Shown here in pieces: positions 38,071 to 47,990 of a DNA stretch of 64,000 nt. Under the pieces are notes generated by a model. The model saw nothing but the letters and a program-made list of their open reading frames with translations. It searched no databases and was not told the DNA's origin. The stretch covers positions 1 through 64,000 of the IMG/VR virus record IMGVR_UViG_3300020469_000020; one strand, 5' to 3'. Each line of letters starts with the position of its first letter. Position 1 is the first letter of the stretch. Made by a program: the position numbers and the translations under genes. Source of the DNA: a virus.

Positions 38071-39108
38071 GTGTTTATGTTAGACAATCTAAAAGAACAT
38101 ATTGATAACAAATACATTAATGTTGGAATACACGATTTAGATAATAATTATAGAATTTATAATTACTCTCAATCTACACAATTTGAAAAATTTTGGAATA
38201 AAACTACTTTATCTTGTAGAGGATTAATTACATACAAAGATAAAATTATATCAAGAGGTCCTTGTAAGTTTTTTAATTATGGTGAAATTGATCATCCACC
38301 AATAAAAGAAGTAATCGGAGTCTATGAAAAAGTAGATGGTTCATTGGGAATACCCTATGAATTTAATGGAAATGTTTATCTTTCTACTAGAGGATCTTTT
38401 AGTTCTAATCAAGCTAAAAAAGGGACTAAAATTTTAAATGAAGATTATGATGAATTTTTATCAACTACGATTAATGATCTTTTAGATGATGAAATAACTC
38501 CTATCTTTGAAATTATTTACCCAGAAAATCAAATTGTAGTAAATTATGGTAGCACAGAAGAGTTAGTTTTTATTGGAACTATAGATAATAAAACAGGTTT
38601 AATTGATTTTGAAACACATAGAAAAGAGTTTCAAAAATTATGCACCGTTGTTAAGAAATACACAATGGATGATAAAATACCAGAAAAAACAGAAGGGTTT
38701 GTAGTTCAATTTAAAAATGGAACTTGTGCAAAAATAAAATCAGATTGGTATATTAATTTACATAGATTAGTAGCAAACAGAGACTTTTATAGAACTGTTT
38801 TAATATCTTTAATTGAAAACAATGATATGCGATGGATAGAAGATATACCTGATGAATTTTACAGAGAGATAGCTCACAATCTTAAAAAAGTAGAAACTTA
38901 TATAAATTCAGAAACAAAAAGATTAAAAGAACTATTAGATACTATATTGAAGGAGTATAAAACAGACAAAGACATAGCTCTGAAAATAAAAGAAATTTCC
39001 AAAGATATGCCGTTGTTGTTTATTTTGTGGAGAAAAGGAAACAAAAAACTTAAAGAAACTTTGCTTAAAAATTTACTAGACAAATATAAAAAATCAAAAG
39101 ATAATTAA
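38071..39108 (+). CDS. rnlA: T4 Rnl1-like RNA ligase
   Basis: CRGLI, KFFNYGE, motif I EKVDGSLG, STRGSF.S, FEII.P.NQIVV.Y, motif IV EGFV, motif V KIKSDWY. The start may be the ATG at 38077. Confidence 0.88.
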   Translation: MFMLDNLKEHIDNKYINVGIHDLDNNYRIYNYSQSTQFEKFWNKTTLSCRGLITYKDKIISRGPCKFFNYGEIDHPPIKEVIGVYEKVDGSLGIPYEFNGNVYLSTRGSFSSNQAKKGTKILNEDYDEFLSTTINDLLDDEITPIFEIIYPENQIVVNYGSTEELVFIGTIDNKTGLIDFETHRKEFQKLCTVVKKYTMDDKIPEKTEGFVVQFKNGTCAKIKSDWYINLHRLVANRDFYRTVLISLIENNDMRWIEDIPDEFYREIAHNLKKVETYINSETKRLKELLDTILKEYKTDKDIALKIKEISKDMPLLFILWRKGNKKLKETLLKNLLDKYKKSKDN

Positions 39109-39677
39109 AAATCTCCACCAGAACTTGGTTGTGGATCACCCATACTAAATCCCATCATTTTTCTACCCAAACTAATTGGTTTCGGTTCAAATGGTGTAAT
39201 CTTTTTTGGCATATCCATACTTGGTGCTGGAGCAGGAGGCATAGCTTCCATTTCTTTTTCGTCATCGTGTTGCTCATCTTTAGCATCAAGATAAGAAGCA
39301 ACTTTTATCATATAGTCGCAAGCAACTGCTATTTTAGATTGCACCCATTCTGGTAAATTTTCATTATCTTCTATCTCTTTCATCATCTTAGTTGCCGCTT
39401 GGTGAATTTGGCAAAGTTGAGTTTTAGCCATTGAACCTTCATAATCGTATTCTTCATCTTCACCAGGCTTATGATCTTCTGTTTTCATTTTTGCAGCTAA
39501 TATATCTTGATCAAGCTTTTCCATTTGTGCTTTTAAAGCTTTCTTTTTATCCATCATTGCCTGCATAGCTGACTTGTTTGCATCTTTAGCAGTATCTTCT
39601 ACAGTTTCTTCATCATATTCATTCAAAGGTTCTCTATCATTTAAAATGTTATTAATGATATTTTTAATATCAGACAT
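39105..39677 (-). CDS. Putative head-internal protein (EGSMAKxQL...LPEWVQSKI domain)
   Basis: DYEGSMAKTQL...LPEWVQSKIAVACDYM motif recurrent in T4-like phage head-associated proteins; PLNE possible processing site. Confidence 0.65.
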   Translation of the reverse strand: MSDIKNIINNILNDREPLNEYDEETVEDTAKDANKSAMQAMMDKKKALKAQMEKLDQDILAAKMKTEDHKPGEDEEYDYEGSMAKTQLCQIHQAATKMMKEIEDNENLPEWVQSKIAVACDYMIKVASYLDAKDEQHDDEKEMEAMPPAPAPSMDMPKKITPFEPKPISLGRKMMGFSMGDPQPSSGGDF

Positions 39678-39694
39678 AGTTCCTTTTTGTTTAA

Positions 39695-39728
39695 AATAAA
39701 TAATATAGGTAATTTTTATATATTTATC
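39695..39728. promoter_or_regulatory. Face-to-face late promoters: AATAAATA (+, 39695-39702) and GATAAATA (-, 39721-39728)
   Basis: Located between divergent genes 39677 (-) and 39749 (+). Confidence 0.5.
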
Positions 39729-39748
39729 AATTTAAAATCGTAGGTAAA

Positions 39749-40192
39749 ATGAAAAAGTTAATACAAGATATCAATTCATTATTAAATGAAGAAGAAAAGG
39801 TTAGTGGTTATTATGCAGTAATTCTATCAGAAGATTCTTATAATCAAGTAAAAGAATACGCAAACTATAGAATAGTACGTTCTAATCATATCACTATCGC
39901 ATATGATCCTACAGTATCTGAATCTGAAAAGCTTAATACTATGTTAGGTAAAAGAATGGGAATCAAAACTAAAGAACTTTTTGAGAATGATAATATTCAA
40001 GCGTTTACTATAGAGATGAATAATTTAAATCGTTTAGATGGTGGGATTCCTCATATAACAGTTTCACACGATGAAAATACAAAACCATTTGCTGCAAATG
40101 AAATGTTAAAAAATCCAGACAGAACAAGAACAATAGAATTAGATTTGTTTGGTACTTTCAAGTTTATACCACATAAAAAAAGGGAGGTGTAA
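39749..40192 (+). CDS. 2H phosphoesterase (tRNA-ligase CPD / CNPase-like)
   Basis: Two H-x-T motifs (NHITIAY, PHITVSH) followed by KPFAANEML. Confidence 0.8.
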   Translation: MKKLIQDINSLLNEEEKVSGYYAVILSEDSYNQVKEYANYRIVRSNHITIAYDPTVSESEKLNTMLGKRMGIKTKELFENDNIQAFTIEMNNLNRLDGGIPHITVSHDENTKPFAANEMLKNPDRTRTIELDLFGTFKFIPHKKREV

Positions 40193-40204
40193 AAACCTCC
40201 CTTT
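40175..40204 (-). terminator. Intrinsic terminator after gp23 (probably bidirectional)
   Basis: Stem AAAGGGAGGT / ACCTCCCTTT with a 6-nt loop; the A-run at 40175-80 gives a U-tract on minus. Confidence 0.85.
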
Positions 40205-40231
40205 CCTTAACTCAATCTATTCTTAAATTAA

Positions 40232-41638
40232 TTAAGAAAGATTTGTTACCTTCATCTTTCGGTAATATACGTTTGAATTACCGTCAAGACCAGCACCGGT
40301 CACTCTCTTACTTGCATTTTTAGCATCATCTCTTTGTGAGAATGGATTTGCTACAATTGCATCTCGGCTCATGAAACCGATGATTGGAGTGAAGCTTGCA
40401 GGATCTTGAGCTTTCAACATCTGCAGTGGCTGATATGGACAATAGAAAATTCCACTATCGTAAGGTGAAGTACCCTTATAACCTACAGTTACTAGAGCGG
40501 TTGCACCAATTGACAAATATGGATCAATGTATACTCTAAACTGACCATTCAATACACCAGCAAATAAACTATCAGTCTCATCAGTCTTGATGTTGTTCTT
40601 TAGATTTGAAGAATAATCAAGAACACCAGCCATTTGAAGTGCGGAAGCAACGTCTGCTGAACAGATGATGATGTTTCCTTTTCCACGTCGAGTTTCTCTA
40701 GCGATTTGATTTGCTTCAAGTTCCAATTGGAACATCAATCCTTTAAACTTCTCAACTGACCATCTACCATTTGAATCAACAAGAAGATCAAATGTATTTG
40801 CATTAGTTGTATTTGTGGCACCTGGCTTAGCTACAGTGTAAATGGTACGAATAACTTGACGGTTGATCTCAGCTAAAATTTCATTAGAGAGAATGTTTGC
40901 CAATTCACTTTCAGCATTCAATCCATGAGTTGCTTTCAAGTCTTGTGCCATTTCAAGTGTGTATTGACCACGCAATTTTCTTGTCTCAGCAGCAACTGAC
41001 ATTTTCTCAATTGAGAATGACATCTCTGGAATAGCAGTTGAACCAAGTCCAAATTGCTCACCAGCTGATGTAGCAGCACCAACACCGGTTACAGTATCAG
41101 CATTATTTGTAGTAAAGAATTCGTTTACTGGATCAGCGGGAATTGCAGTACCGTCAACACCAGCATAAGCTGTATTTGCTTCACCATAGAACGCTTCTTT
41201 TGTACCATCTGTAGATGCTGTTCCATCATATGCTCCACCAGCACCAGCAAGTCTTGCAGGTGACTCATAATGTGAGCGCATTGCAAAAATCAATCCTGTA
41301 GGACCTGTAAGTGGCTGAACTCCACATACATCATATGCCAACAATTTTGGCATAGTTCTTCTTACAAGAGAAATAAGAACTGGATCTACAAATTCAATAT
41401 GACCACCAGCAGAAGGTGTACCACCAGCAGCATCCATATTAGAAACCATCGCTCCTGGATTCTCTGTCAAGAACAATCCTTGTCCTGTTTGAGTTTGTGC
41501 TTGTTGTCTTAGCATAGTCTCTTGATTTTCCAAAAGAATAGCTGTAACACTTTTTCTATAGGTATCGTCAATATTAGGCAGTTCATCATGCTCTAATATC
41601 GGCTTCCATTTTTCCTGAACTTTTTCGTTAAGAACCAT
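40232..41638 (-). CDS. gp23: Major capsid protein gp23
   Basis: DPVLISLVRR.MP.L.AYDVCGVQPLTGPTGLIFAMRS; EMSFSIEK; ELANILSNEILAEINR; GRWSVEKFKGL; FYCPY. Confidence 0.98.
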   Translation of the reverse strand: MVLNEKVQEKWKPILEHDELPNIDDTYRKSVTAILLENQETMLRQQAQTQTGQGLFLTENPGAMVSNMDAAGGTPSAGGHIEFVDPVLISLVRRTMPKLLAYDVCGVQPLTGPTGLIFAMRSHYESPARLAGAGGAYDGTASTDGTKEAFYGEANTAYAGVDGTAIPADPVNEFFTTNNADTVTGVGAATSAGEQFGLGSTAIPEMSFSIEKMSVAAETRKLRGQYTLEMAQDLKATHGLNAESELANILSNEILAEINRQVIRTIYTVAKPGATNTTNANTFDLLVDSNGRWSVEKFKGLMFQLELEANQIARETRRGKGNIIICSADVASALQMAGVLDYSSNLKNNIKTDETDSLFAGVLNGQFRVYIDPYLSIGATALVTVGYKGTSPYDSGIFYCPYQPLQMLKAQDPASFTPIIGFMSRDAIVANPFSQRDDAKNASKRVTGAGLDGNSNVYYRKMKVTNLS

Positions 41639-41693
41639 AACTTCTCCTTTTAATTTTTAAATATAATTGAAATTATAAAAATTTCTTTTATCT

Positions 41694-41701
41694 TATTTAT
41701 A
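41694..41701 (-). promoter_or_regulatory. T4-type late promoter TATAAATA for gp23
   Basis: Exact consensus, intergenic. Confidence 0.8.
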
Positions 41702-41721
41702 TATATTCTCTTTTTCAAAAA

Positions 41722-42963
41722 TTAAACGTATTTTGAAATAGCTTGTGTGTATACATCCATTGCTGAAGGCGCAGCTGGCTCAGCATGATAATCTTCTACA
41801 AGTGTAGATGATTCAAACTGCTCATTCTCAATAATATCATCATTTTTAGTTTCATTATTTACTTCTTCTTTTGAAGAGAAATAATGTTCTTTAATAATTT
41901 GAACCTTCTTTTCAAATTCTTGTTCGTCTTCAAAGTCAACTGATTCTGTTAGGTTCATCAATTGATCTTTTTCTGCCATAGTCAAATCTTCAGACTTCTC
42001 ACTAATGATATTTTTTCTCTTTTCTTCTTGAAGTTGCTTCTTCAATCGCATGTTTCTCTTTAGATGAGTATTGACTTGCTCTTGAAGTTCTTCTGTTTTT
42101 TCTTCCAATGAAACAACAAGGTCTTCTTTTTCTTCTGGTACATCAATGTAATTTTCTGTGAAAAGATTTTTCAAACCAAAAATAAAGTTTTCTGTGATTT
42201 CAGTGCGAACACCTTTTTCAACAGCTAACTCATTTTCTTTCAACCACTCTTCCGCAACATATGTAACATACTCATCAACTTTAGAAGTTAGATTATCAAG
42301 TTCTTCATGAAGTTGTTCAGCATGTGCCTCTACAGCTTCTTTCAGGTTTGCATTATATTGTTCTTCTAATTCTTCTTTTAATTCATTGACTTCTTCATTA
42401 ATTCTCTGAGTGAGAACTGTTTCAAATAGCAATGCAGCTTTTTCTTTAAATTCTTCACTTAGAGTTTCATCTTGAGAAAATAAAGATTCAATTTGCTCTT
42501 GCATTTCTTCTTTCTTTTTCTTTTTCTTCGCATGATACATTTCGTCTAGTTCCTCATCATCGTCATCATCTTTTTTATCATCATCGTCATCGTCATCATC
42601 TTTTTCCTCTTCATCATCATCATCATCTTTTTTCTTTTTCTTCTTTGCTGCTTCTTCTACAGTTTCATCTTCAGCAGCAACAACTTCTTCTTCAGCTACA
42701 TCTTCTTTCATCGTTTCTTCCTTGTCCATAGCTTTCATTTCATCCATCATTTGTGTAGCCATAGTATCAATTGTAGTACCTTTGTCAATGGTAACTTGAG
42801 TAGCAGATGCATTCATTTTCATCTCCTTCATTAGAGCATTGATGCATGAATCCACTTTATCTTCAGGCACAACTGTGCTAAGATCAGTAGAATTTTCAAT
42901 TTCGTCTCCGTATCTTTTCTTCATAAATTCGGAAATCCTATTCTTTAATTCTGTTTTAGTCAT
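41722..42963 (-). CDS. gp22: Prohead core scaffold protein gp22
   Basis: LSEEFKEKAALLFE, VDEYVTYVAEEWLKENELAVEKGVRTEITENFI.GLKNLF.E.YIDVPEE; located between gp21 and gp23. Confidence 0.93.
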   Translation of the reverse strand: MTKTELKNRISEFMKKRYGDEIENSTDLSTVVPEDKVDSCINALMKEMKMNASATQVTIDKGTTIDTMATQMMDEMKAMDKEETMKEDVAEEEVVAAEDETVEEAAKKKKKKDDDDDEEEKDDDDDDDDKKDDDDDEELDEMYHAKKKKKKEEMQEQIESLFSQDETLSEEFKEKAALLFETVLTQRINEEVNELKEELEEQYNANLKEAVEAHAEQLHEELDNLTSKVDEYVTYVAEEWLKENELAVEKGVRTEITENFIFGLKNLFTENYIDVPEEKEDLVVSLEEKTEELQEQVNTHLKRNMRLKKQLQEEKRKNIISEKSEDLTMAEKDQLMNLTESVDFEDEQEFEKKVQIIKEHYFSSKEEVNNETKNDDIIENEQFESSTLVEDYHAEPAAPSAMDVYTQAISKYV

Positions 42964-43010
42964 TAGATTCCTTTTTATTTAATGTTAAACCTTTTGGTCT
43001 GTTTATATAT

Positions 43011-43018
43011 TATTTATA
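43011..43018 (-). promoter_or_regulatory. T4-type late promoter TATAAATA for gp22
   Basis: Exact consensus, intergenic. Confidence 0.75.
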
Positions 43019-43023
43019 TTATT

Positions 43024-43893
43024 TCAATTCTTTGCAACTTCTTTAAGAAAGTTATCAAATATTTTAAGTGTTTCTTGCTCTCTTTTTTCTTGTAATTTTT
43101 CTTTAACACTTTTTTCAACAGCTTCTTTAGTGCTTTCAAGAAGTTGCTCTAAATGCTTTTCTTTCTTGCTAATTTGGAAATTAACTTTTGACTCAATCAA
43201 TTTTTTCATAGATGTATTTTCATTATTGAGAGCATATATTTTATCTTGCATATTTTTAATTTCAGATTTCATTTCTACTAAAGTATCAAACCAAAGCATA
43301 GGATTGTTAGAAGAATTTGTTTCTTCATTTACTTCAGCTTGCTTTCTAGTATATGATTTGGTATCAGCATTCCAAATCCAATCAACTGATTCCATTACCA
43401 TTTCAACGAAAGCTTTTGGAGCAGAGGGATCATAAACAATATCTATTGCAGATAATTGAAAATCTTCTCCAACCAATTGATAATCATCTTTTTGAGTTAA
43501 AGACCCAACTCCTCTTGAAGAAACTCCAAGTTTAACTCCTCCATCCACAAGACCACGAACAATGTTTCCGCATGGTGTATCCAGTACCTTTGCTTTTCCC
43601 ATGATATGATTGCCGTCAATATTAAGTTCAGTGACCATATGTGAAACTCTTTCAAGATTCACAGCAGGATCTGCAGGATGATTTAATTCACCTAAAGCAC
43701 GTTGAGTATTAACTTTTTCTGTGACGTATCTATCTGTTTCTTTTTGTAATGTGTCTATTGTGTAAACTCTACCATTCTTGTTCGTTTCTTCGGCTTGCAT
43801 AAAAATTCCAGAAAGATAATGAGTTTTAATCCCTTCTTCATTAGCTTCCGTAATGGCTTTTACATTATCTGAACTTTCTACAAGTAGTTTCAT
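43024..43893 (-). CDS. gp21: Prohead protease gp21
   Basis: GIFMQAE..NKNGRVY, ALGELNHP, VSH, GVSSRGVGSL, DIVYDPSAPKAFV; extra C-terminal coiled coil. Confidence 0.96.
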   Translation of the reverse strand: MKLLVESSDNVKAITEANEEGIKTHYLSGIFMQAEETNKNGRVYTIDTLQKETDRYVTEKVNTQRALGELNHPADPAVNLERVSHMVTELNIDGNHIMGKAKVLDTPCGNIVRGLVDGGVKLGVSSRGVGSLTQKDDYQLVGEDFQLSAIDIVYDPSAPKAFVEMVMESVDWIWNADTKSYTRKQAEVNEETNSSNNPMLWFDTLVEMKSEIKNMQDKIYALNNENTSMKKLIESKVNFQISKKEKHLEQLLESTKEAVEKSVKEKLQEKREQETLKIFDNFLKEVAKN

Positions 43894-43900
43894 TTTTCCT

Positions 43901-45316
43901 CTATCTTAATGTTTGTGACCTAGCTTTGGTTTGTTGTCTTTTAACAAACATCTTTTTCATTTTACCAGGATTTGCTTTAATTTTTCGCCATCTTTTCAAA
44001 GAGGCTTTACGATCTCTTTCTTTTTGTTTTGCTGGTTTTGTTGTTTTTGGTAAGCACATAACTTCTTTAACTTTTTTACCAGCAACAGTTATTTCTCTAT
44101 TTAGAGGTTTTTTATATTCATCACTCTTACATACCATTACAACTTTATTTAAACCTGTTCTTGGATTTCTTCTCCAGCGTACCTGAGCTACCGATTCTGT
44201 TGTTGTTTCTATTTGTTTGGGATTCACTACTTTTGGTGAATTGCTTTTCTGTTTACGAAATTGATTTATTATTTTATCAGAAAAAGTTTCTGCTCTTTTT
44301 TTAACTTCTTTTTCTGGTAGACCTTTTAAAGAGTCTACAAAACTTTTAAGTATTTTCATAAATTTTTCTTTTTCTTCTGGATCTAATCCTCTAGGATCAA
44401 TATTGGCTAAAACTGGTTTTCTTTTTTCTATTTCTGAACTTTTTTTATTTTCAATTCGTTTAGTATCTGATTTTTTTTCATCGGGTGATTCTTCATATTT
44501 TGCTGCTGTTTCATCGGTGTATTTCTTTATCATTTCTTCATGATGTTTTTTTGAATCAAAGTCATCATGGTCATTATCTTCTTGTCTGAGATAGCTTTCA
44601 AATCTTAATATTAATCTATCTCTTTCATTTATAGTCTCAGTAAAACTATATTTTAAATTTTTTTCTTCAGCATCTATATCAGTATTTTCTTCTAAAGTCA
44701 ATCTTGAAAGTCCAACATATACCATTGCCAATCTTTTTTCTATTCTAATTATAGTTTCTGCATCTATGATATCATCACTATTTAATTTTACAATATCTAA
44801 GTTTTTACCTATATTTAATAAATCATTGTCTTTCAGTTTTTTATTTTCAATACCATATGCTAATAATATTAAAATTTTTGAAAATAAATTCAAATTTTTA
44901 TGTAAATGTAAAAATGAAAAAGGTGCTAAGTTTTCATTACTTGGATTAACTTTAAATCTAGTATTGACTAAGTTCTTGTTTATTATACTTATGCTTTTAG
45001 CCAATTCTTTTATTTTTTGATAATCATTATATTGTTCTTTATTTTTCAGAAAAAGATTTTCTGTTTTTTTAATATATTCTATATTATCAGTTGCAGTTTT
45101 TTTAACTGTAGATTTTAGAGACTTATAAAATTCTTTAGTTTTATTTTTTGTACCTTTGTAAAATGATTTAAGTTTTTTTTCTTTAGCTACTGTTGATATT
45201 GAATTCCCTGTAGCAACCATGGCTTTCTTAAAAGTATTTAATTTATCTTTTACAGAAAACGGTATTTTAAATACTTCATTTATTACAATATCGTCTTCAG
45301 TTAAAAATCTTTTCAT
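43901..45316 (-). CDS. Putative prohead core protein with gp68-like basic C-terminus
   Basis: Sits immediately before gp21; R/K-rich C-terminal ~100 aa; N-terminus MKRFLTED...INE. Confidence 0.55.
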   Translation of the reverse strand: MKRFLTEDDIVINEVFKIPFSVKDKLNTFKKAMVATGNSISTVAKEKKLKSFYKGTKNKTKEFYKSLKSTVKKTATDNIEYIKKTENLFLKNKEQYNDYQKIKELAKSISIINKNLVNTRFKVNPSNENLAPFSFLHLHKNLNLFSKILILLAYGIENKKLKDNDLLNIGKNLDIVKLNSDDIIDAETIIRIEKRLAMVYVGLSRLTLEENTDIDAEEKNLKYSFTETINERDRLILRFESYLRQEDNDHDDFDSKKHHEEMIKKYTDETAAKYEESPDEKKSDTKRIENKKSSEIEKRKPVLANIDPRGLDPEEKEKFMKILKSFVDSLKGLPEKEVKKRAETFSDKIINQFRKQKSNSPKVVNPKQIETTTESVAQVRWRRNPRTGLNKVVMVCKSDEYKKPLNREITVAGKKVKEVMCLPKTTKPAKQKERDRKASLKRWRKIKANPGKMKKMFVKRQQTKARSQTLR

Positions 45317-45330
45317 TTATTTTCTCGTTG

Positions 45331-46002
45331 CTATTTCGTAGTGTATTCTTGAAATGCACCTTTATCAACTAATTTACTACCAAGAACGTCTCTTTTTTGT
45401 TTCATTATTTTCGCTTTTGGATTATCTTCACCATATCGTTGAACATATTGTCCATATGCTTGACTTAAAACTGTATATTTTTCTATACCACTTTCCTTTT
45501 TACCGGCATAGTTTAATACTTTTTTAACACTATCATTTGCAGTAAAAAATTTTATATCATCTAGTACAAACGGAGTTAATCTATCTTGTTCTTGACCAAT
45601 TTTATTTAATTTATCTTGTAAATTAGCTATCTTTTCGTTAATGTCAAAATCATCTTCACTGGGATTTTTATCTTCTAAATCAAATATTTGTTTACTAATT
45701 TTTCCCTGCTCTTTTACATTTTTCTCAAATTGTTTAGTTGCTGCTAATTGTCTTCTACCATCTTGGGTAAGACGTTTTGCTCCACTGCGGATTGTGTCTA
45801 ATGCTTTATTACCTACTCTAGCAGCACCTTCTTTTGCTTTTCCAGTAAGATTTTCAATTGCATCATCAATAAAAGATCTTTCTTCTAAGTAAGAAAGAGA
45901 AACCCCTGAGTTTATATAATAACTTTGATAATCTTCATTGATTAAGTTCGTTAGTAAATTACTCTGCTTCTGCAGGTTGTTCTGCTTTTGGTTGTTCTTC
46001 AT
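45331..46002 (-). CDS. Putative head-internal protein
   Basis: 223 aa in the prohead core cluster; LINE and YLEE motifs; the start overlaps the upstream gene by 44 nt and is uncertain. Confidence 0.55.
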   Translation of the reverse strand: MKNNQKQNNLQKQSNLLTNLINEDYQSYYINSGVSLSYLEERSFIDDAIENLTGKAKEGAARVGNKALDTIRSGAKRLTQDGRRQLAATKQFEKNVKEQGKISKQIFDLEDKNPSEDDFDINEKIANLQDKLNKIGQEQDRLTPFVLDDIKFFTANDSVKKVLNYAGKKESGIEKYTVLSQAYGQYVQRYGEDNPKAKIMKQKRDVLGSKLVDKGAFQEYTTK

Positions 46003-46162
46003 TTTCTACTTCTTTACTAAAAATTTTTTGAGAAAGTTCTTCTTTTTTATCTTGCAATTTATCATAGACTTTATTTGCAATTAAAGTTTCAAAGTTTTCT
46101 TTTGTGCCATTCATGTTTCCATCATTTACATTTTTAATTAATTCTTTTGCTACATTATCCAT
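45959..46162 (-). CDS. gp67: Prohead core protein gp67-like
   Basis: Small acidic helical protein coupled to the portal stop; LI..V..G....KENFE..I..KV...L...K.EL...IF. Confidence 0.7.
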   Translation of the reverse strand: MDNVAKELIKNVNDGNMNGTKENFETLIANKVYDKLQDKKEELSQKIFSKEVENEEQPKAEQPAEAE

Positions 46163-47859
46163 TATAAGTCTCCTGTATCTGTTGTTACTGGAGTAGGTGT
46201 TGGTGTACCTCCTCCTAAATCATCAATCATTCCACCGCCTGTAGGTTCTGAAGCATCTGGACCTAAACCTCCTCCTAGACCCAATCCTAAATTACCTCCA
46301 CCAAGTCCTCCGAGTCCTCCATCCATTCCAAATCCTGGTTCACCTTCTTTTGGAGCAAATCTTTGGTCATATTTTTCTTCTTCAATTTCTTCATCTATTC
46401 TTTCTATATCATCATCGCTCAAAGAAAGTATATTCTTGCGTATGTAATTTGCAGAGAAATATTTACCTCTGTATTCTTCAGCATCTCTCAATACATTCAT
46501 TTTTTCTGTAAGTAACTCTAAATTTTTGAGTGCATTAAAATTACTATCTTGATCGTAAATAAAATGAATGTCTTCTCGCATATCATCCCACTGTTTAATG
46601 GAAATGATATTTTTTAAAATTAACTGTTTCTTTAATAATTCTAAAAAGAAATTTGCAAAACGTGTTCTTAATCTTTCAATGAATCTTAAAAATTTATATT
46701 CTTCTCTTGAAATTTCACTTGCTCTACCAAGTGAAAATCCACTTTCTGGTTGCATTCTAGAAATAGGAACATTTAGTGAACGAAATAATTGTCTTTGAAA
46801 AAATTCTAGTTCATCTAATTGTGTAAAATTTGCTTCACTTCCCTGTAGTGTATCTATTTCTGTAGTTGCACTTCCATTTCTTCTTGGCATCCAGTAATCT
46901 TCAAGCATAGCTTGAAATTTTCTATCATCTCTTAGTTGTCCTGTTTTACTATCATAAACCATTTTATTTCTATACTGATTCATCAATGAATACATATACT
47001 GTTCAGCTTTTGCTTTAGGTAAATTACCTACATCAACATAGAAAACTCTGCGAGACGGTGCACGGCTCAGTCTATAAATGATAGCGGCATCTTCTAACAT
47101 TCTTATTTGATTTAAAGGACGAAATGCTTTGTGTAAATAAGATATTACGCTTTTTCTTCTTTCATCTAACAATCCGCTTGTTACGGCAGCAATTGAATCT
47201 GGAGCGATTTTAATTACGTTTTTGTTATCAGATTCTGTTTCGCTGTTGAATACACCGTTTTCTGAATATAAATAATATTCATTATATTTTTGATTTATGT
47301 TTACATCGTCCATTCCAACACGAATTTTATATTCTTCAGACTTGACTCTTTCTCTTATCTTTTTTATCTTAAAAGGATCTATAGGTCTGAGTTCTAGAAT
47401 ACCTTTTTGTGGGTTTTTAATATCAATTAATACTTGGTAATAAATTCTTCCATCTACAAACCACTTACGAAATATTTCATAACCAGAATATTTAAAGTTC
47501 AATTTATCTAATAACATATAAAATTCATCACTAATTTTATCTTTAATAAGAGATGAATAATCGCTCAAATAATCAAGTTCTATGTTTACTGGATAACTTT
47601 TTCTTCCCGAAATTATTGCTTCATTCACAATTTCATCAATAGCAAGTTCACATTCTGGTTGCATAGACATAGAACGATATCTAGCCATTAAATCAAATTC
47701 ATTACTAAAACTGCTATCTAAGTTTAAATAAGTTCCGTAAACTCCGGCCGAACCCACAATAGCAGAACCATCATCAAAATCAGGTGGTGTGAACGATTGT
47801 AAATTTGGTTCTTCTCTATCTTTCTGTTCTTCAAATTTCCATCCAAATAATGTAGCCAT
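46162..47859 (-). CDS. gp20: Portal protein gp20
   Basis: YRSM...PECE.AIDEIVNEAI; SYLHKA.RP.NQ.RMLEDA..IYRLSRAP.RRVFYVDVGNLPK.KAEQY; LEDYWMPRR; Gly-rich tail. Confidence 0.98.
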   Translation of the reverse strand: MATLFGWKFEEQKDREEPNLQSFTPPDFDDGSAIVGSAGVYGTYLNLDSSFSNEFDLMARYRSMSMQPECELAIDEIVNEAIISGRKSYPVNIELDYLSDYSSLIKDKISDEFYMLLDKLNFKYSGYEIFRKWFVDGRIYYQVLIDIKNPQKGILELRPIDPFKIKKIRERVKSEEYKIRVGMDDVNINQKYNEYYLYSENGVFNSETESDNKNVIKIAPDSIAAVTSGLLDERRKSVISYLHKAFRPLNQIRMLEDAAIIYRLSRAPSRRVFYVDVGNLPKAKAEQYMYSLMNQYRNKMVYDSKTGQLRDDRKFQAMLEDYWMPRRNGSATTEIDTLQGSEANFTQLDELEFFQRQLFRSLNVPISRMQPESGFSLGRASEISREEYKFLRFIERLRTRFANFFLELLKKQLILKNIISIKQWDDMREDIHFIYDQDSNFNALKNLELLTEKMNVLRDAEEYRGKYFSANYIRKNILSLSDDDIERIDEEIEEEKYDQRFAPKEGEPGFGMDGGLGGLGGGNLGLGLGGGLGPDASEPTGGGMIDDLGGGTPTPTPVTTDTGDL

Positions 47860-47903
47860 GAAACCAAACTCCTTTTTTATAAATTATAACATTACGTTTC
47901 ATT

Positions 47904-47911
47904 TATTTATC
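47904..47911 (-). promoter_or_regulatory. Putative late promoter (GATAAATA) for gp20
   Basis: Downstream of the gp19 terminator and upstream of the portal ATG. Confidence 0.6.
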
Positions 47912-47930
47912 AATCAGAATATTTAAAAAC

Positions 47931-47959
47931 AAAAAACCCGCATGTATTAAATGCGGGTT
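47931..47959 (-). terminator. Intrinsic terminator after gp19
   Basis: AACCCGCAT / ATGCGGGTT stem with a 7-nt loop; the A-run gives a U-tract on minus. Confidence 0.85.
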
Positions 47960-47990
47960 CTAAGTTTTCAATTTTAAAAAATATTATATT

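Noticed and set aside
39749-40192. Naming the 2H protein Acb1
   Set aside because: Only the generic HxT pair is shared, and the KP..AN..L tail looks more like the tRNA-ligase CPD type. A search is needed to decide.
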